Assembly: GCA_964522215.1 (NCBI GenBank)
Contig: CAZFVR010000002.1
Location: forward strand, 53,880-117,879
Reading direction: 5' to 3'
Length of the DNA stretch: 64,000 bases
Source: an uncultured Ruminococcus sp.
GTDB lineage: Bacteria; Bacillota; Clostridia; Oscillospirales; CAG-272
The position numbers and the translations under genes were made by a program. The notes beneath the pieces were generated by a model. The model searched no databases, was not told the DNA's origin, and saw only the letters and a list, made by a program, of their open reading frames with translations. Of the stretch, positions 46,375 to 57,063 are shown one piece after another. Position 1 is the stretch's first letter. Each line of letters begins with the position of its first letter.

Positions 46375-47007
46375 ATGAAAAAGGGAATTATCGGTAAAAA
46401 GATCGGTATGACTCAGATCTTCGACGAAGTCGGAAATGTCGTACCGGTAACGGTGATTCAGGCAGGCCCCTGCGTTGTCGCACAGCGCAAGACTGCCGAA
46501 AAGGACGGCTATGAGGCCGTACAGCTCGGTTTTATGGATGCAAAAGCAAAGCAGACCAATAAACCCGATGCGGGACACTTTGAAAAGAACGGACTTGCGG
46601 TGAAACGCCACCTCAAGGAGTTCCGTCTTGACGATTGCTCGGCATATTCGGTCGGCGACGTCGTATCCGTCGAAACCTTCGCCGTAGGCGATAAGGTCGA
46701 TGTAACCGGTACGACTAAGGGACACGGATACACCGGTGTTATCAAGAGATGGAATCACCACAAGCTCAGAATGACGCACGGCGTCGGCCCCGTACACCGC
46801 GAAGTCGGTTCCATGGGTGCTAACTCCAGCCCGTCCCGCGTGTTCAAGAACAAGAAGATGGCAGGTCAGTACGGTCACGAACAGGTCACCATCCTTAATC
46901 TGAACGTAGTTAAGATCGACAAAGAGAACAACCTTATCGCCATCCGCGGAGCTATCCCCGGAGCCAAGGGCGGCATCGTGTTCCTCCGCGACTCGATCAA
47001 AGCATGA
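46375..47007 (+). CDS. rplC: 50S ribosomal protein L3
   Basis: MKKGIIGKKIGMTQIFDEVGNVVPVTVIQAGPC.. Confidence 0.97.
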   Translation: MKKGIIGKKIGMTQIFDEVGNVVPVTVIQAGPCVVAQRKTAEKDGYEAVQLGFMDAKAKQTNKPDAGHFEKNGLAVKRHLKEFRLDDCSAYSVGDVVSVETFAVGDKVDVTGTTKGHGYTGVIKRWNHHKLRMTHGVGPVHREVGSMGANSSPSRVFKNKKMAGQYGHEQVTILNLNVVKIDKENNLIAIRGAIPGAKGGIVFLRDSIKA

Positions 47008-47027
47008 GAGAGAAGGAGGATTAAGCA

Positions 47028-47714
47028 ATGCCTAGCGTAAAAGTTGTTGATATGACAGGCAAAGAGGTCGGCGAGATCGCTCTTTCCGAGAAGCTTTTCG
47101 GAGCTGAGGTATCCGAACCCGTTCTCCATGCCGCCGTCAGAGCATATCTGCTCAATCAGAGACAGGGCACTCAGTCCACTCTTACCCGCACCGAAGTTTC
47201 CGGTGGCGGAAAGAAGCCCTGGAGACAGAAAGGCACAGGACGCGCCCGTCAGGGTTCGACCCGTTCGCCCCAGTGGACACACGGTGGTGTCGCTCTCGGC
47301 CCGAAGCCCAGAGACTACCGCGTAACTCTTAACAAAAAGACACGCAGAGCCGCACTTGCAAGCGCGCTTTCCGCCAAGGTCGCCTCGGGTGATCTTGTTA
47401 TCCTGGATTCCGTAAAGCTTGACGGCTACAAGACCTCCGCAATGGTAAAGATGTTTGCTGCACTCGGATTTACCAAGGAAGTCACAAAGAATTACAGGGA
47501 GAACGATGAGATCAAGACCCGTACCGCCAAGGTCGCGGAGAAGACTCTCCTGGTCCTTCCCGAGGTCGATAAGCTCGTAGTTAAGAGCTGCGACAACATT
47601 CCCACAGCCGCGACCACACTTTACAGCACCCTGAGTGTTTATGACATTCTCAATGCTGAAAAGCTCGTTATGACTCGCGAGGCTGTACAGAAGCTTGAGG
47701 AGGTGTACGCATGA
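47028..47714 (+). CDS. rplD: 50S ribosomal protein L4
   Basis: ..GGGKKPWRQKGTGRARQGSTRSPQWTHGGVALGPKPRDY.. Confidence 0.96.
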   Translation: MPSVKVVDMTGKEVGEIALSEKLFGAEVSEPVLHAAVRAYLLNQRQGTQSTLTRTEVSGGGKKPWRQKGTGRARQGSTRSPQWTHGGVALGPKPRDYRVTLNKKTRRAALASALSAKVASGDLVILDSVKLDGYKTSAMVKMFAALGFTKEVTKNYRENDEIKTRTAKVAEKTLLVLPEVDKLVVKSCDNIPTAATTLYSTLSVYDILNAEKLVMTREAVQKLEEVYA

Positions 47715-48007
47715 AGAAAATGGTACAGGATATCATCATAAAGCCGGTCATCAGTGAAGCCGGTATGGATATGATGGATCAGAAGAAGTATGTTTTCAAG
47801 GTCATGACCAGCGCCACCAAGCCCGAGATCGCAAATGCGGTCGAGACCATGTTCGGCGTAAAAGTCGCCTCTGTCAACACCATCACGATGAAGCGCAAGC
47901 CCAAGAGACTCGGCGTACACTTTGGCTACACCTCCGAATGGAAGAAAGCCATTGTAACACTTACCCAAGACTCGAAGACGATCGCCTTCTTCGACGGTAT
48001 GAACTGA
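47711..48007 (+). CDS. rplW: 50S ribosomal protein L23
   Basis: ..IIKPVISEAGMDMMDQKKYVFKV..ATKPEIANAVETMFGVKV... 4-nt overlap with rplD. Confidence 0.95.
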   Translation: MKKMVQDIIIKPVISEAGMDMMDQKKYVFKVMTSATKPEIANAVETMFGVKVASVNTITMKRKPKRLGVHFGYTSEWKKAIVTLTQDSKTIAFFDGMN

Positions 48008-48027
48008 GAAAGTAGGAGGAGAAAGTA

Positions 48028-48858
48028 ATGCCTACGATCAAACTTAAACCCACAACTCCTTCGAGAAGACAAATGACACTGCCTACCTTTGAGGAGCTGA
48101 CCAAGTTCAGCCCCGAAAAGAGCCTTGTCGTTATCAAGAAGAAGAACGCCGGCCGCAATGCGAACGGCAAGATCACCGTCCGTCACAGAGGCGGCGGTAA
48201 CAAGCAGAAATATCGTATAATCGACTTCCGCCGTCAGAACGAGGCTCCCGCCAAGGTCATCGGCATCGAGTACGACCCCAACCGTACCGCATACATCGCA
48301 CTGCTTCAGACCGAGGCAGGTGAGAAGAGCTACGTCATCGCTCCTGTCGGACTTACCACCGGGGACACCGTCTACTGCGGTCCCGATGCCGACATCAAGC
48401 CCGGCAACACTCTCCCCATGGCGAATATCCCTGTTGGTACTGTTATCTATAACATCGAGCTTTACCCCGGCAAGGGCGGACAGCTCGTTCGTTCCGCCGG
48501 TGCTGCCGCACAGCTGATCTCCAAGGAGAACGGTGTGTGCCTCGTACGTCTTCCCTCCGGTGAGGTGAGACAGGTACGTCTTGAGTGCAAGGCTACCATC
48601 GGTCAGGTCGGCAATATCGAGCATGACACCGTTAAGCTCGGTAAGGCAGGTAAGACACGTCATCGTGGCTTCCGTCCTACCGTCCGCGGTTCGGTCATGA
48701 ACCCCTGTGACCACCCTCACGGTGGTGGTGAAGGTAAGTCTCCGGTCGGACATCCCGGCCCGCTTACTCCTTGGGGCAAGCCTGCTCTCGGCTATAAGAC
48801 GAGAAATAAGAAGGCAAGAACCGAAAAGTTCATAGTAAAGCACAGAAACGCTAAGTAA
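48028..48858 (+). CDS. rplB: 50S ribosomal protein L2
   Basis: ..[26 protein letters not shown]....[16 protein letters not shown].. Confidence 0.97.
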   Translation: MPTIKLKPTTPSRRQMTLPTFEELTKFSPEKSLVVIKKKNAGRNANGKITVRHRGGGNKQKYRIIDFRRQNEAPAKVIGIEYDPNRTAYIALLQTEAGEKSYVIAPVGLTTGDTVYCGPDADIKPGNTLPMANIPVGTVIYNIELYPGKGGQLVRSAGAAAQLISKENGVCLVRLPSGEVRQVRLECKATIGQVGNIEHDTVKLGKAGKTRHRGFRPTVRGSVMNPCDHPHGGGEGKSPVGHPGPLTPWGKPALGYKTRNKKARTEKFIVKHRNAK

Positions 48859-48871
48859 GGAGGGAATATAA

Positions 48872-49147
48872 ATGAGCAGAAGTCTTAAAAAGGCGCCTTT
48901 CGTAGAAAAGAAGCTCTACGACCGCATTTGCGCCATGAATGCAAAAAATGAGAAAAAGGTCATCAAGACCTGGTCCCGCGCTTCGGTCATATTCCCTGAA
49001 TTCGTTGGTCACACGATCGCCGTTCACGACGGCCGCAAGCATGTTCCGGTATATGTTATCGAGGATATGGTCGGCCACAGACTCGGCGAGTTCGCCCCTA
49101 CACGTCTTTTCAAGGGCCATTCCGGTTCTAAGACATCCAACAACTAA
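48872..49147 (+). CDS. rpsS: 30S ribosomal protein S19
   Basis: [44 protein letters not shown].. Confidence 0.97.
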   Translation: MSRSLKKAPFVEKKLYDRICAMNAKNEKKVIKTWSRASVIFPEFVGHTIAVHDGRKHVPVYVIEDMVGHRLGEFAPTRLFKGHSGSKTSNN

Positions 49148-49164
49148 TGGAGGGTATGAGTACA

Positions 49165-49518
49165 ATGGAAGCAAAAGCTTATCTTAAATACGTGCGCATC
49201 TCTCCCCGCAAGGTAAAGATCGTGCTTGATCTTATCCGCGGCAAGGATGTAGATACCGCCATGGCAATACTGAAGCACACTCCCAAGGCTGCCTCCGAGG
49301 AGCTTATCAAGCTGCTCAAGAGCGCGGTAGCCAACGCAGACCACAACTTCCACATGGACACCGAGAAGCTTTATGTTTCGGAGTGCTTCGTGTGCCCCGG
49401 ACCTACACTTAAGAGAATGATGCCCAGAGCCAAGGGCTCGGGCGACAGGATCCTTAAGAGAACGTCACATGTAACCCTTGCAGTCAAGGAAAGAGAAACC
49501 AAGGAGGTCAATGCGTAA
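49165..49518 (+). CDS. rplV: 50S ribosomal protein L22
   Basis: [27 protein letters not shown]... ATG 49165 lies 10 nt after GGAGGG; the track start is 49147. Confidence 0.95.
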   Translation: MEAKAYLKYVRISPRKVKIVLDLIRGKDVDTAMAILKHTPKAASEELIKLLKSAVANADHNFHMDTEKLYVSECFVCPGPTLKRMMPRAKGSGDRILKRTSHVTLAVKERETKEVNA

Positions 49519-50390
49519 TGGGACAGAAAGTTAATCCTCACGGCCTTCGTGTGGGCGTGATCAAGGACTGGGATTCAAGATGGTGCGTAAAGGATGAGGT
49601 CTTTGGAGACGTTCTCGTTTCCGACTACAACATCCGTAAGCTCCTCAAGACCGAGCTGCAGAAGGCGGGCGTCCCGAAGATCGAGATCGAACGCGATCAG
49701 TACAAGGTCAAAGTTTATATCCACTGCGCGAAGCCGGGTCTTGTGATCGGCCGCGGCGGTGAAAATATCGAGGTCCTTAAGGCGAAGGTAGAAAAGCTCG
49801 TCGGTAAGGATCAGAGCGGTAAGCAGATCCCCGTGTCTCTCAACGTTGTTGAGATCCGCAACCCCGACCTCAACGCACAGCTCGTCGCCGAGAATATCGC
49901 CGGCCAGCTTGAGGGCCGTGTTGCCTTCCGTCGCGCCATGAAGATGGCTATCCGCAACACCATGAGACTTGGTGCACGCGGTATAAAGATCTCCTGCGGC
50001 GGTCGTCTGGGCGGCGCCGAGATCGCTCGTACCGAGCACTATCACGAGGGCACCATCCCGCTGCAGACCCTCCGTGCCGACATCGACTACGGCTTTTGGG
50101 AGGCCAATACCACCTATGGTAAGGTCGGTGTTAAGGTCTGGATCTACAACGGCGAGGTCCTGAATGCCGCAGGCGCTAACCGTGAGCGCCGCGAGCGCAG
50201 AAATGACGGCCGCGACAACCGCGGCGATCGCAGAAACGGCGGACGTAATGACCGTCGCGGCGACCGCAGAAACGGCGGAGCACCCCGTTCCGGCGGCAAC
50301 AACAACTTCCGCGGTAATGGTAATCGTTCCCCGAGACCTCAGTCCGGTGACCGTGCACCCAGAGAAGCGAGAGAAGGGGGCAAGAAATAA
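49518..50390 (+). CDS. rpsC: 30S ribosomal protein S3 with ~75-aa Arg/Gly/Asn/Asp-rich C-terminal extension
   Basis: [24 protein letters not shown] domain..[12 protein letters not shown].. The core ends near residue 215 and is followed by ..[33 protein letters not shown]... Confidence 0.95.
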   Translation: MGQKVNPHGLRVGVIKDWDSRWCVKDEVFGDVLVSDYNIRKLLKTELQKAGVPKIEIERDQYKVKVYIHCAKPGLVIGRGGENIEVLKAKVEKLVGKDQSGKQIPVSLNVVEIRNPDLNAQLVAENIAGQLEGRVAFRRAMKMAIRNTMRLGARGIKISCGGRLGGAEIARTEHYHEGTIPLQTLRADIDYGFWEANTTYGKVGVKVWIYNGEVLNAAGANRERRERRNDGRDNRGDRRNGGRNDRRGDRRNGGAPRSGGNNNFRGNGNRSPRPQSGDRAPREAREGGKK

Positions 50391-50815
50391 TGTTAATGCC
50401 TAAGAGAGTTAAGTTCCGCCGTGTCCAGCGCGGCAGACTTAAAGGTAAAGCCACAAGAGGCAACACCGTGACCTACGGTGAGTACGGACTTATGGCTCTC
50501 GAGCCCGCATGGATAACCAGTGCGCAGATCGAGGCTGCCCGTATTGCTATGACACGTTACATCAAGCGTGGCGGTAATGTTTGGACCAAGATCTTCCCCG
50601 ACAAGCCCATCACCGAGAAGCCCGCCGAGACCCGAATGGGTTCCGGTAAAGGTTCACCCGAGTATTGGGTAGCCGTGGTTAAGCCCGGACGCGTTATGTT
50701 TGAAATGAGCGGCGTCTCGGAGGAGGATGCAAAGGAAGCTATGCGTCTTGCGTCGCACAAGCTGCCTATCAAGTGCAAATTCGTTAAAAAGGCGGACGAG
50801 GAGGTATCGCAGTGA
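50390..50815 (+). CDS. rplP: 50S ribosomal protein L16
   Basis: [25 protein letters not shown].. Confidence 0.97.
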   Translation: MLMPKRVKFRRVQRGRLKGKATRGNTVTYGEYGLMALEPAWITSAQIEAARIAMTRYIKRGGNVWTKIFPDKPITEKPAETRMGSGKGSPEYWVAVVKPGRVMFEMSGVSEEDAKEAMRLASHKLPIKCKFVKKADEEVSQ

Positions 50816-51009
50816 AAATCAGCGAGATCAGAGAGATGACTTCTGAGCAGCTCGAAGCAAAGCTCAAGGAGTTAAAGGAAGAACTGTTCAACCTCCGCTT
50901 CCAGCTTGCTATCAACCAGCTGGAGAACACCAACCGAATCGGTGAAGTGAAAAAGGATATCGCCCGCGTGATGACCGTTCTTAATGATAAGAACGCGAAG
51001 AACGCATAA
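50812..51009 (+). CDS. rpmC: 50S ribosomal protein L29
   Basis: ..[41 protein letters not shown]... GTG start overlapping the rplP stop. Confidence 0.94.
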   Translation: MKISEIREMTSEQLEAKLKELKEELFNLRFQLAINQLENTNRIGEVKKDIARVMTVLNDKNAKNA

Positions 51010-51028
51010 GCGTATGGGAGGCAGAATC

Positions 51029-51286
51029 ATGGAAGAAAGAAACCTCAGAAAGACCCGCGTCGGAATCGTTGTCAGCGATAAGATGGACAAGACGATCACT
51101 GTCGCCATCGAAGATAACGTAAGACACCCGATCTACGGCAAGATCATCAAGCGTACGCTCAAGGTTCATGCTCATGACGAGAACAATGAGTGCGGCATAG
51201 GTGATAAGGTCAGCATCATGGAAACACGTCCTCTTTCCAAAACAAAGAGATGGCGTTTGGTCTCCGTGGTGGAAAAAGCCAAATAA
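51029..51286 (+). CDS. rpsQ: 30S ribosomal protein S17
   Basis: [39 protein letters not shown]... ATG 51029 lies 7 nt after GGGAGG. Confidence 0.95.
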   Translation: MEERNLRKTRVGIVVSDKMDKTITVAIEDNVRHPIYGKIIKRTLKVHAHDENNECGIGDKVSIMETRPLSKTKRWRLVSVVEKAK

Positions 51287-51353
51287 TCAGCACACATTGT
51301 ATGCGAAACAGTAGATACGTCAAAAATCGTATTGAATCAGGAGGAAACGCAAA

Positions 51354-51722
51354 GTGATACAGCAGGAATCAAGGATGAAGGTCGCCGATAACACCGGCGC
51401 CAAAGAGCTCCTTTGCATCCGCGTTCTCGGCGGTACCGGCCGCAGATATGCCGGTGTTGGCGATGTAGTAGTTGCCACCGTTAAAAAAGCGGCTCCCGGC
51501 GGCATGGTCAAAAAGGGCGATGTCGTTAAGGCCGTTATCGTAAGGACCACACACGGTATTCAGCGTGCGGACGGTTCTTATGTAAGATTTGATGAAAACG
51601 CGGCTGTTATTATCAAGGACGATAAAACACCTACAGGCACACGTATATTTGGGCCGGTAGCAAGAGAACTTCGCGAGCGTCAGTATCTTAAGATACTCTC
51701 CCTCGCACCCGAAGTACTGTAA
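51354..51722 (+). CDS. rplN: 50S ribosomal protein L14
   Basis: (GTG start) [27 protein letters not shown].. Confidence 0.97.
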   Translation: MIQQESRMKVADNTGAKELLCIRVLGGTGRRYAGVGDVVVATVKKAAPGGMVKKGDVVKAVIVRTTHGIQRADGSYVRFDENAAVIIKDDKTPTGTRIFGPVARELRERQYLKILSLAPEVL

Positions 51723-51737
51723 AAGGAGGAAGAAATA

Positions 51738-52067
51738 ATGAATATCAAAACAGGAGATACCGTTGTTCTTCTTACCGGTAAGTACGAGGAAAAGAAGGAC
51801 GGCAACGGAAAGCTTTTGACCCACAAGGTCATCGCTGTCTCTCCCAAGGAGGACAAGGTGATCGTTGAGGGTGTCAACAGGATCCGCAAGCATGTAAAGC
51901 CCCGCAGACAGGGTGATACAGGCGGGATCATCGATGCCGAGGGCGCTGTTTATGCTTGCAAGGTACAGCTTTACTGCTCTGCTTGCGGCAAGGGCGTCAG
52001 AGTAAAATCCGCCGTTAAGGACGGCAAAAAGGTCCGCGTTTGTGCAAAATGCGGCAAAGAAATCTGA
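51738..52067 (+). CDS. rplX: 50S ribosomal protein L24 (Cys-containing C-terminal variant)
   Basis: [17 protein letters not shown].. KOW motif. The C-terminus is ..[31 protein letters not shown]. Confidence 0.95.
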   Translation: MNIKTGDTVVLLTGKYEEKKDGNGKLLTHKVIAVSPKEDKVIVEGVNRIRKHVKPRRQGDTGGIIDAEGAVYACKVQLYCSACGKGVRVKSAVKDGKKVRVCAKCGKEI

Positions 52068-52081
52068 GGAGGGAATTGACA

Positions 52082-52636
52082 ATGGCTGAATATACGGTTA
52101 GACTTAAGGACCTCTACAGAGGCGAGGTAGCCCCCGCTCTTCAGAAGAAATTCCAGTACAAGAGCTCCATGCAGATCCCCAAGCTCGACAAGGTAGTTCT
52201 CAATGTCGGCTGCGGCGATGCAAGAGAAAACTCCAAGGCTATCGACAGTGTTATAGCTGATCTCACACTCATCACCGGCCAGAAGGCAGTTCCCACTTAC
52301 GCCCGTAAGTCGGTCGCTAACTTCAAGGTCCGTGAGGGCATGAAGATCGGTGCCAAGGTCACCCTTCGCGGCGACAGAATGTACGAGTTCGTTGACAAGC
52401 TCTTCAACTTCGCACTTCCCCGCGTTCGTGACTTCAAGGGCATCAACCCCAACGCGTTCGACGGCAGAGGCAACTACTCCCTCGGACTCAAGGAGCAGCT
52501 CATATTCCCCGAGATCGAGTACGATAAGGTCGACAAGATCCGCGGTATGGACATCTGCTTCGTAACAACTGCACAGACCGACGAGGAAGCCCGCGAGCTG
52601 CTTAAGGCTATGGGCGCTCCCTTTGCGGCAAACTAA
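52082..52636 (+). CDS. rplE: 50S ribosomal protein L5
   Basis: [41 protein letters not shown]... ATG 52082 lies 8 nt after GGAGGG. Confidence 0.96.
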   Translation: MAEYTVRLKDLYRGEVAPALQKKFQYKSSMQIPKLDKVVLNVGCGDARENSKAIDSVIADLTLITGQKAVPTYARKSVANFKVREGMKIGAKVTLRGDRMYEFVDKLFNFALPRVRDFKGINPNAFDGRGNYSLGLKEQLIFPEIEYDKVDKIRGMDICFVTTAQTDEEARELLKAMGAPFAAN

Positions 52637-52652
52637 TAGGAGGTAAGGTAAA

Positions 52653-52838
52653 ATGGCGAAAAAGTCAATGATCATCAAACAGCAGAGAGAGCCCAAGTTC
52701 TCTACTCGCCGTTACAACCGCTGCAAGATCTGCGGTCGTCCTCACGCTTATCTCCGCAAATACGGGATCTGCCGTATCTGCTTCCGTAATCTTGCCTACA
52801 AGGGCGAGATCCCGGGCGTAAGAAAGGCATCCTGGTAA
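52653..52838 (+). CDS. rpsZ: 30S ribosomal protein S14 type Z (zinc-binding, 61 aa)
   Basis: [45 protein letters not shown].. Confidence 0.96.
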   Translation: MAKKSMIIKQQREPKFSTRRYNRCKICGRPHAYLRKYGICRICFRNLAYKGEIPGVRKASW

Positions 52839-53093
52839 TTGCCAAGCTCACCGAAAGGCGACGGTAAAGCGTCCGCAGGATCCCTACCGAAGGTCGCAGG
52901 TCATTATCTGTAAGCCGCAGGGCAGAGGAGAGCGAGCCGTTTACCGTCAACACTCGGGAGAGCGAAAGCTGTGACCCGTTAAACCCCACACTATCGGAAG
53001 GAAATCAAGCTACGTGCCCGATTTAACCGCCGATACGCCGCCGTGGACGCACGGCAGCAAGATATTTTGAACTTGCAATGGAGGAAAAAAGCA

Positions 53094-53492
53094 ATGCAAA
53101 TGTCAGACGTAATTGCCGATATGCTCACAAGGATCAGAAACGCGAATGATGCAAAGCACGCGACTGTGGACATTCCGGCATCCAACATGAAAAAGGCTAT
53201 CGCCGAGATACTGGTCAACGAGGGCTATGTAAAGAGCTTCGAGACCATCGAGGACGGTAAGCAGGGCGTTATCCGTATCACGCTCAAGTATCAGGGCAAC
53301 AAGCAGAAGGTACTTCGCGGTATTCGCAGAGTATCCAAGCCCGGCCTGCGTATCTACGCAAGCTGCGATGATATGCCCCGCGTAATGAACGGACTCGGCA
53401 TCGCCATCGTATCCACCTCAAAGGGCATCATGACCGACAAACAGGCTCGCAGAGAGAATGTTGGCGGCGAAGTGCTTGCCTTTGTATGGTGA
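53094..53492 (+). CDS. rpsH: 30S ribosomal protein S8
   Basis: [22 protein letters not shown]... ATG 53094 lies 9 nt after GGAGG. Confidence 0.96.
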   Translation: MQMSDVIADMLTRIRNANDAKHATVDIPASNMKKAIAEILVNEGYVKSFETIEDGKQGVIRITLKYQGNKQKVLRGIRRVSKPGLRIYASCDDMPRVMNGLGIAIVSTSKGIMTDKQARRENVGGEVLAFVW

Positions 53493-53508
53493 GTAAGGAG
53501 GCAGAGAT

Positions 53509-54078
53509 ATGTCAAGAATAGGAAGAATGCCCATTGTTATTCCCGCCGGTGTTACAGTCACCGTTGGTGAGGATAATCTCGTTACGGTAAAGGGCCCCCG
53601 CGCCACTCTTACCGAAAAAGTAAGCCCCAGAATGCAGCTCACGATCGAGGGCAACGTCCTTCACGTTACCCGCCCCACTGATGAGAAAGAGGACAGAAGC
53701 CTTCATGGTCTTACCCGCACCCTTGTTAACAACATGGTCGTTGGTGTTACAGATGGTTATGCCAAGACTCTTGAGGTCATCGGTACAGGTTACAGAGCTA
53801 CAATGCAGGGCAAGAACCTTCTGCTTTATGTAGGCCACTCACTGGTCAACGGTATGCCCCAGCAGGCACTTACCATTGCACAGCCCGAGGGCATCACCTT
53901 TGAGGTCAACGAAAAGGTAGTTCCCATTACGATCGTCGTAAAGGGTGCAGACAAGCAGTTGGTAGGTCAGACCGCCGCAGTTATCCGCGGTAAGAGACCC
54001 CCCGAGCCCTATCACGGCAAGGGCATCCGCTATGCCGGTGAAAAGGTTCGCCGCAAAGCCGGTAAGACCGGTAAATAA
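53509..54078 (+). CDS. rplF: 50S ribosomal protein L6
   Basis: MSRIGRMPIVIPAGVTVTVGEDNLVTVKGPRATL.. Confidence 0.96.
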   Translation: MSRIGRMPIVIPAGVTVTVGEDNLVTVKGPRATLTEKVSPRMQLTIEGNVLHVTRPTDEKEDRSLHGLTRTLVNNMVVGVTDGYAKTLEVIGTGYRATMQGKNLLLYVGHSLVNGMPQQALTIAQPEGITFEVNEKVVPITIVVKGADKQLVGQTAAVIRGKRPPEPYHGKGIRYAGEKVRRKAGKTGK

Positions 54079-54096
54079 TGAAAGGAGTGAGCACAG

Positions 54097-54453
54097 ATGG
54101 TTTCCAAAAAGAATAAAAATGCTGCCCGTCTTAAAAGACATATTCGGGTCAGAGCCAAGATCTCGGGCACAACAGAGCGCCCGCGTTTGGCTGTGTATCG
54201 CTCAAATGCAAACATTTCCGCTCAGATCATTGATGACGTCAAGGGCGTAACTCTTGCCGCTGCATCTTCTTACGAGAAGGGCTTTGAGGGCGGAAGCAAC
54301 AAGGAAGCTGCAAAGCTTGTCGGCAAGGCTCTTGCTGAGAGAGCAGCTGCTAAGGGTATCACCGAAGTCGTATTCGACCGCGGCGGCTATCTTTATCACG
54401 GACGTGTATCGGAACTGGCTGAGGGCGCTCGCGAGGGCGGCCTGAAGTTCTGA
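54097..54453 (+). CDS. rplR: 50S ribosomal protein L18
   Basis: ..[37 protein letters not shown].. Confidence 0.96.
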   Translation: MVSKKNKNAARLKRHIRVRAKISGTTERPRLAVYRSNANISAQIIDDVKGVTLAAASSYEKGFEGGSNKEAAKLVGKALAERAAAKGITEVVFDRGGYLYHGRVSELAEGAREGGLKF

Positions 54454-54521
54454 GCCTTTTGGCTGATTCCGGTTTATACACTGTTCAACTAATTGATAAT
54501 TGAACATTCAAGGAGAAAACT

Positions 54522-55040
54522 ATGGCATTCAGAAACAATAATTACGAGGAAAAAGAATATATCGAAAACCTCGTTGCCCTGAACCGTGTTTCCAAGACCG
54601 TTAAAGGTGGTCGTGTAGCCCGCTTTGCCGCTCTTATGGTGGTTGGCGATGGCCACGGTCACGTAGGCGTAGGCCTTGGAAAGGCTGCCGAGGTTCCCGA
54701 GGCTATCAATAAGGGAATTGCGGACGCAAAAAAGAACATGGTAACTGTTTCCCTTAAGGGAACTACCATCCCGCACCAGGTGACCGGTGTATACGGCGCC
54801 GGTAAGGTGCTCCTCAAGCCCGCTGCCCCCGGTACCGGTATCATCGCCGGCTCCAAGGTCAGAATGGTGCTTGAAGCCGCCGGCATCAGCAACATCCGCG
54901 CAAAGTGCCTGCGCTCCAACAACCCTATCAACGTTGTTAAGGCAACCATGGAGGGTCTTAAGGAGCTTCGCTCTGTTGAGGAAGTTGCAAAGAGCCGCGA
55001 CATCACTCCCGACGAAGTAAAGGGAGGCGCAGCGAAATGA
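54522..55040 (+). CDS. rpsE: 30S ribosomal protein S5
   Basis: ..[39 protein letters not shown].. Confidence 0.96.
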   Translation: MAFRNNNYEEKEYIENLVALNRVSKTVKGGRVARFAALMVVGDGHGHVGVGLGKAAEVPEAINKGIADAKKNMVTVSLKGTTIPHQVTGVYGAGKVLLKPAAPGTGIIAGSKVRMVLEAAGISNIRAKCLRSNNPINVVKATMEGLKELRSVEEVAKSRDITPDEVKGGAAK

Positions 55041-55222
55041 AAAAAGTAACACTTACAAGATCCCTTATCGCCCGCAAGCCCAACCAGAAGGCAACAGCCG
55101 CATCTCTGGGCCTGCACCGTGTCGGCGACAGCATCATCCATGAGGAGGGTGCAGTACTCGACGGCAAGGTGAGAGTTCTTTCCCACCTCGTTAAGGTCGA
55201 AGACGTAAAGGAGGACAAATAA
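55037..55222 (+). CDS. rpmD: 50S ribosomal protein L30
   Basis: [32 protein letters not shown].. Confidence 0.93.
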   Translation: MKKVTLTRSLIARKPNQKATAASLGLHRVGDSIIHEEGAVLDGKVRVLSHLVKVEDVKEDK

Positions 55223-55665
55223 TGAAACTTCATGAACTTTCTCCCGCTCCCGGTTCGGTAAAGGATCGCTTCCGCAAAGGAAGAGGCGCCGGCTCCGGCA
55301 ACGGCAAGACCGCAGGTAAGGGTCACAAGGGTCAGAACGCTCGTTCCGGCGGCGGTGTACGTCCCGGCTTTGAGGGCGGCCAGTTCCCCATCTACCGTCA
55401 GCTCCCCAAGAAGGGCTTTTCAAACAAGAAATTCAAGACCGTTTACGCCAACGTCAATGTTGAGGCTCTCAACGTTTTTGAGGACGGCGCAGTTGTAGAT
55501 CTTGAGGCTCTTATGGACAAGAGGATCGTCCGCAAAGAAAATGACGGACTTAAGGTTCTCGGCGGCGGTGAGCTTACAAAGAAGCTTACTGTGAAGGCGG
55601 TGAAATTCTCTGCTGCCGCCAAAGAAAAGATCGAAGCGGCAGGCGGAAGTGTAGAGGAGGTATAA
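55222..55665 (+). CDS. rplO: 50S ribosomal protein L15
   Basis: [54 protein letters not shown].. Confidence 0.96.
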   Translation: MKLHELSPAPGSVKDRFRKGRGAGSGNGKTAGKGHKGQNARSGGGVRPGFEGGQFPIYRQLPKKGFSNKKFKTVYANVNVEALNVFEDGAVVDLEALMDKRIVRKENDGLKVLGGGELTKKLTVKAVKFSAAAKEKIEAAGGSVEEV

Positions 55666-55667
55666 GG

Positions 55668-57029
55668 ATGTTTGCGACCTTTAAAAACGCCTGGAAGATA
55701 GATGATCTGAAGAGAAAAATGCTCTTCACGATAATGATCATCCTGCTCTACCGTCTCGGCGCGCAAATCCCCGTACCCTATGTTTCCTCAGCTATCCTTG
55801 AAAGCAGCAGCGCAGCGCTGCAGGGATCGATATTCGAGTACCTTAACTGGTTCTCCGGTAACTCTTTCGGTCAGGCAACACTCTTTGCTCTGTCCGTATC
55901 CCCCTACATTACAGCGCAGATCGTTATCCAGCTGCTCACCGTTGCCATTCCCGCTCTCGAGCGTATGGCCAAGGACGGAGATGAGGGACAAAGAAAGATC
56001 ACAGCCATCACCCGCTACACAACAGTAGGTCTGGCGCTTATAACCGCTTACGGTTATATGACACTGCTTGATTCCGGCTTCGGAACAGGCTCCAGCTGGC
56101 TGGTCGAAGGTACCAACTGGTTTGGTAAGACTGTTATCGTTGCCTGCTATTGCGGCGGTGCATCCCTTATCATGTGGCTCTCCGAAAAGGTCAACCAGTA
56201 CGGTATCGGTAACGGTATCTCCATGATACTCTTTGCCAACATCGTGTCCGGCGTTCCCGGCCTTGTCAGCGAGATCTGGACCATGATATTCACAGCCGGT
56301 GGCTTTAACGGCTTTAGCTGGCTTGGACTTATTTTCGCTATTCTTACAGTTGTCATCACCTTTGCCATCATCGTGTTCATCGTTTGGTTCACCGAATCCG
56401 AAAGAAGAATACCCGTGCAGTACGCAAAGCGTGTTGTTGGCCGCAAGATGTACGGCGGTCAGTCCTCCAGCCTTCCCCTTAAGATGAACATGGCGGGCGT
56501 TATGCCTGTTATCTTCGCCAGTTCCATTGCATCTATCCCGGCAACGCTCGCGGGCTTCTTCCCCAACAGCAAGTTCCTTACAAAGGTCTCCGAGATATTC
56601 AGCTATGATACCTGGCTCTACCTGCTCATCTATCTCGTACTCACCGTTGCTTTCTCCTTCTTCTACATCATGATATCCTTCAATGTAGTTGAGGTTGCAA
56701 ACAACATTCAGCAAAACGGCGGTTCTATCCCCGGCATCCGCTCGGGCAGACCTACCGTAAACTATATCAGCAAAATACTCAACAGAGTAACCATCATCGG
56801 TGCTATATTCCTTTGCATCGTTGCGGGACTTCCCATGCTCGTTACAATAATCAACAGCTTGCTTCAGGATGCACATATCACGACCGGCTTCCCGATCTCG
56901 AATCTTGCATTCGGCGGTAACTCACTGCTGATCATTGTTGGCGTTGCAATTGAGACAGTCCATGACCTTGAGGCGCAGGTCGCACTTCGCAACTACGGCG
57001 GCTCAAAGTCAAGAGGAATCTTCGGTTGA
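55668..57029 (+). CDS. secY: Preprotein translocase subunit SecY
   Basis: 453-aa 10-TM protein in the canonical position after rplO. ..LLYRLGAQIPVPY.. Confidence 0.95.
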   Translation: MFATFKNAWKIDDLKRKMLFTIMIILLYRLGAQIPVPYVSSAILESSSAALQGSIFEYLNWFSGNSFGQATLFALSVSPYITAQIVIQLLTVAIPALERMAKDGDEGQRKITAITRYTTVGLALITAYGYMTLLDSGFGTGSSWLVEGTNWFGKTVIVACYCGGASLIMWLSEKVNQYGIGNGISMILFANIVSGVPGLVSEIWTMIFTAGGFNGFSWLGLIFAILTVVITFAIIVFIVWFTESERRIPVQYAKRVVGRKMYGGQSSSLPLKMNMAGVMPVIFASSIASIPATLAGFFPNSKFLTKVSEIFSYDTWLYLLIYLVLTVAFSFFYIMISFNVVEVANNIQQNGGSIPGIRSGRPTVNYISKILNRVTIIGAIFLCIVAGLPMLVTIINSLLQDAHITTGFPISNLAFGGNSLLIIVGVAIETVHDLEAQVALRNYGGSKSRGIFG

Positions 57030-57063
57030 TGAGTGTACCCCCAAAGGCATACGGAGGAACGTT

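Noticed and set aside
52702-52989. 95-aa reverse-strand ORF spanning rpsZ and part of the rpsZ-rpsH spacer (also 52991-53218).
   Set aside because: It overlaps the S14 coding sequence antisense, is a Ser/Arg/Leu-rich low-information sequence, and has no start context.
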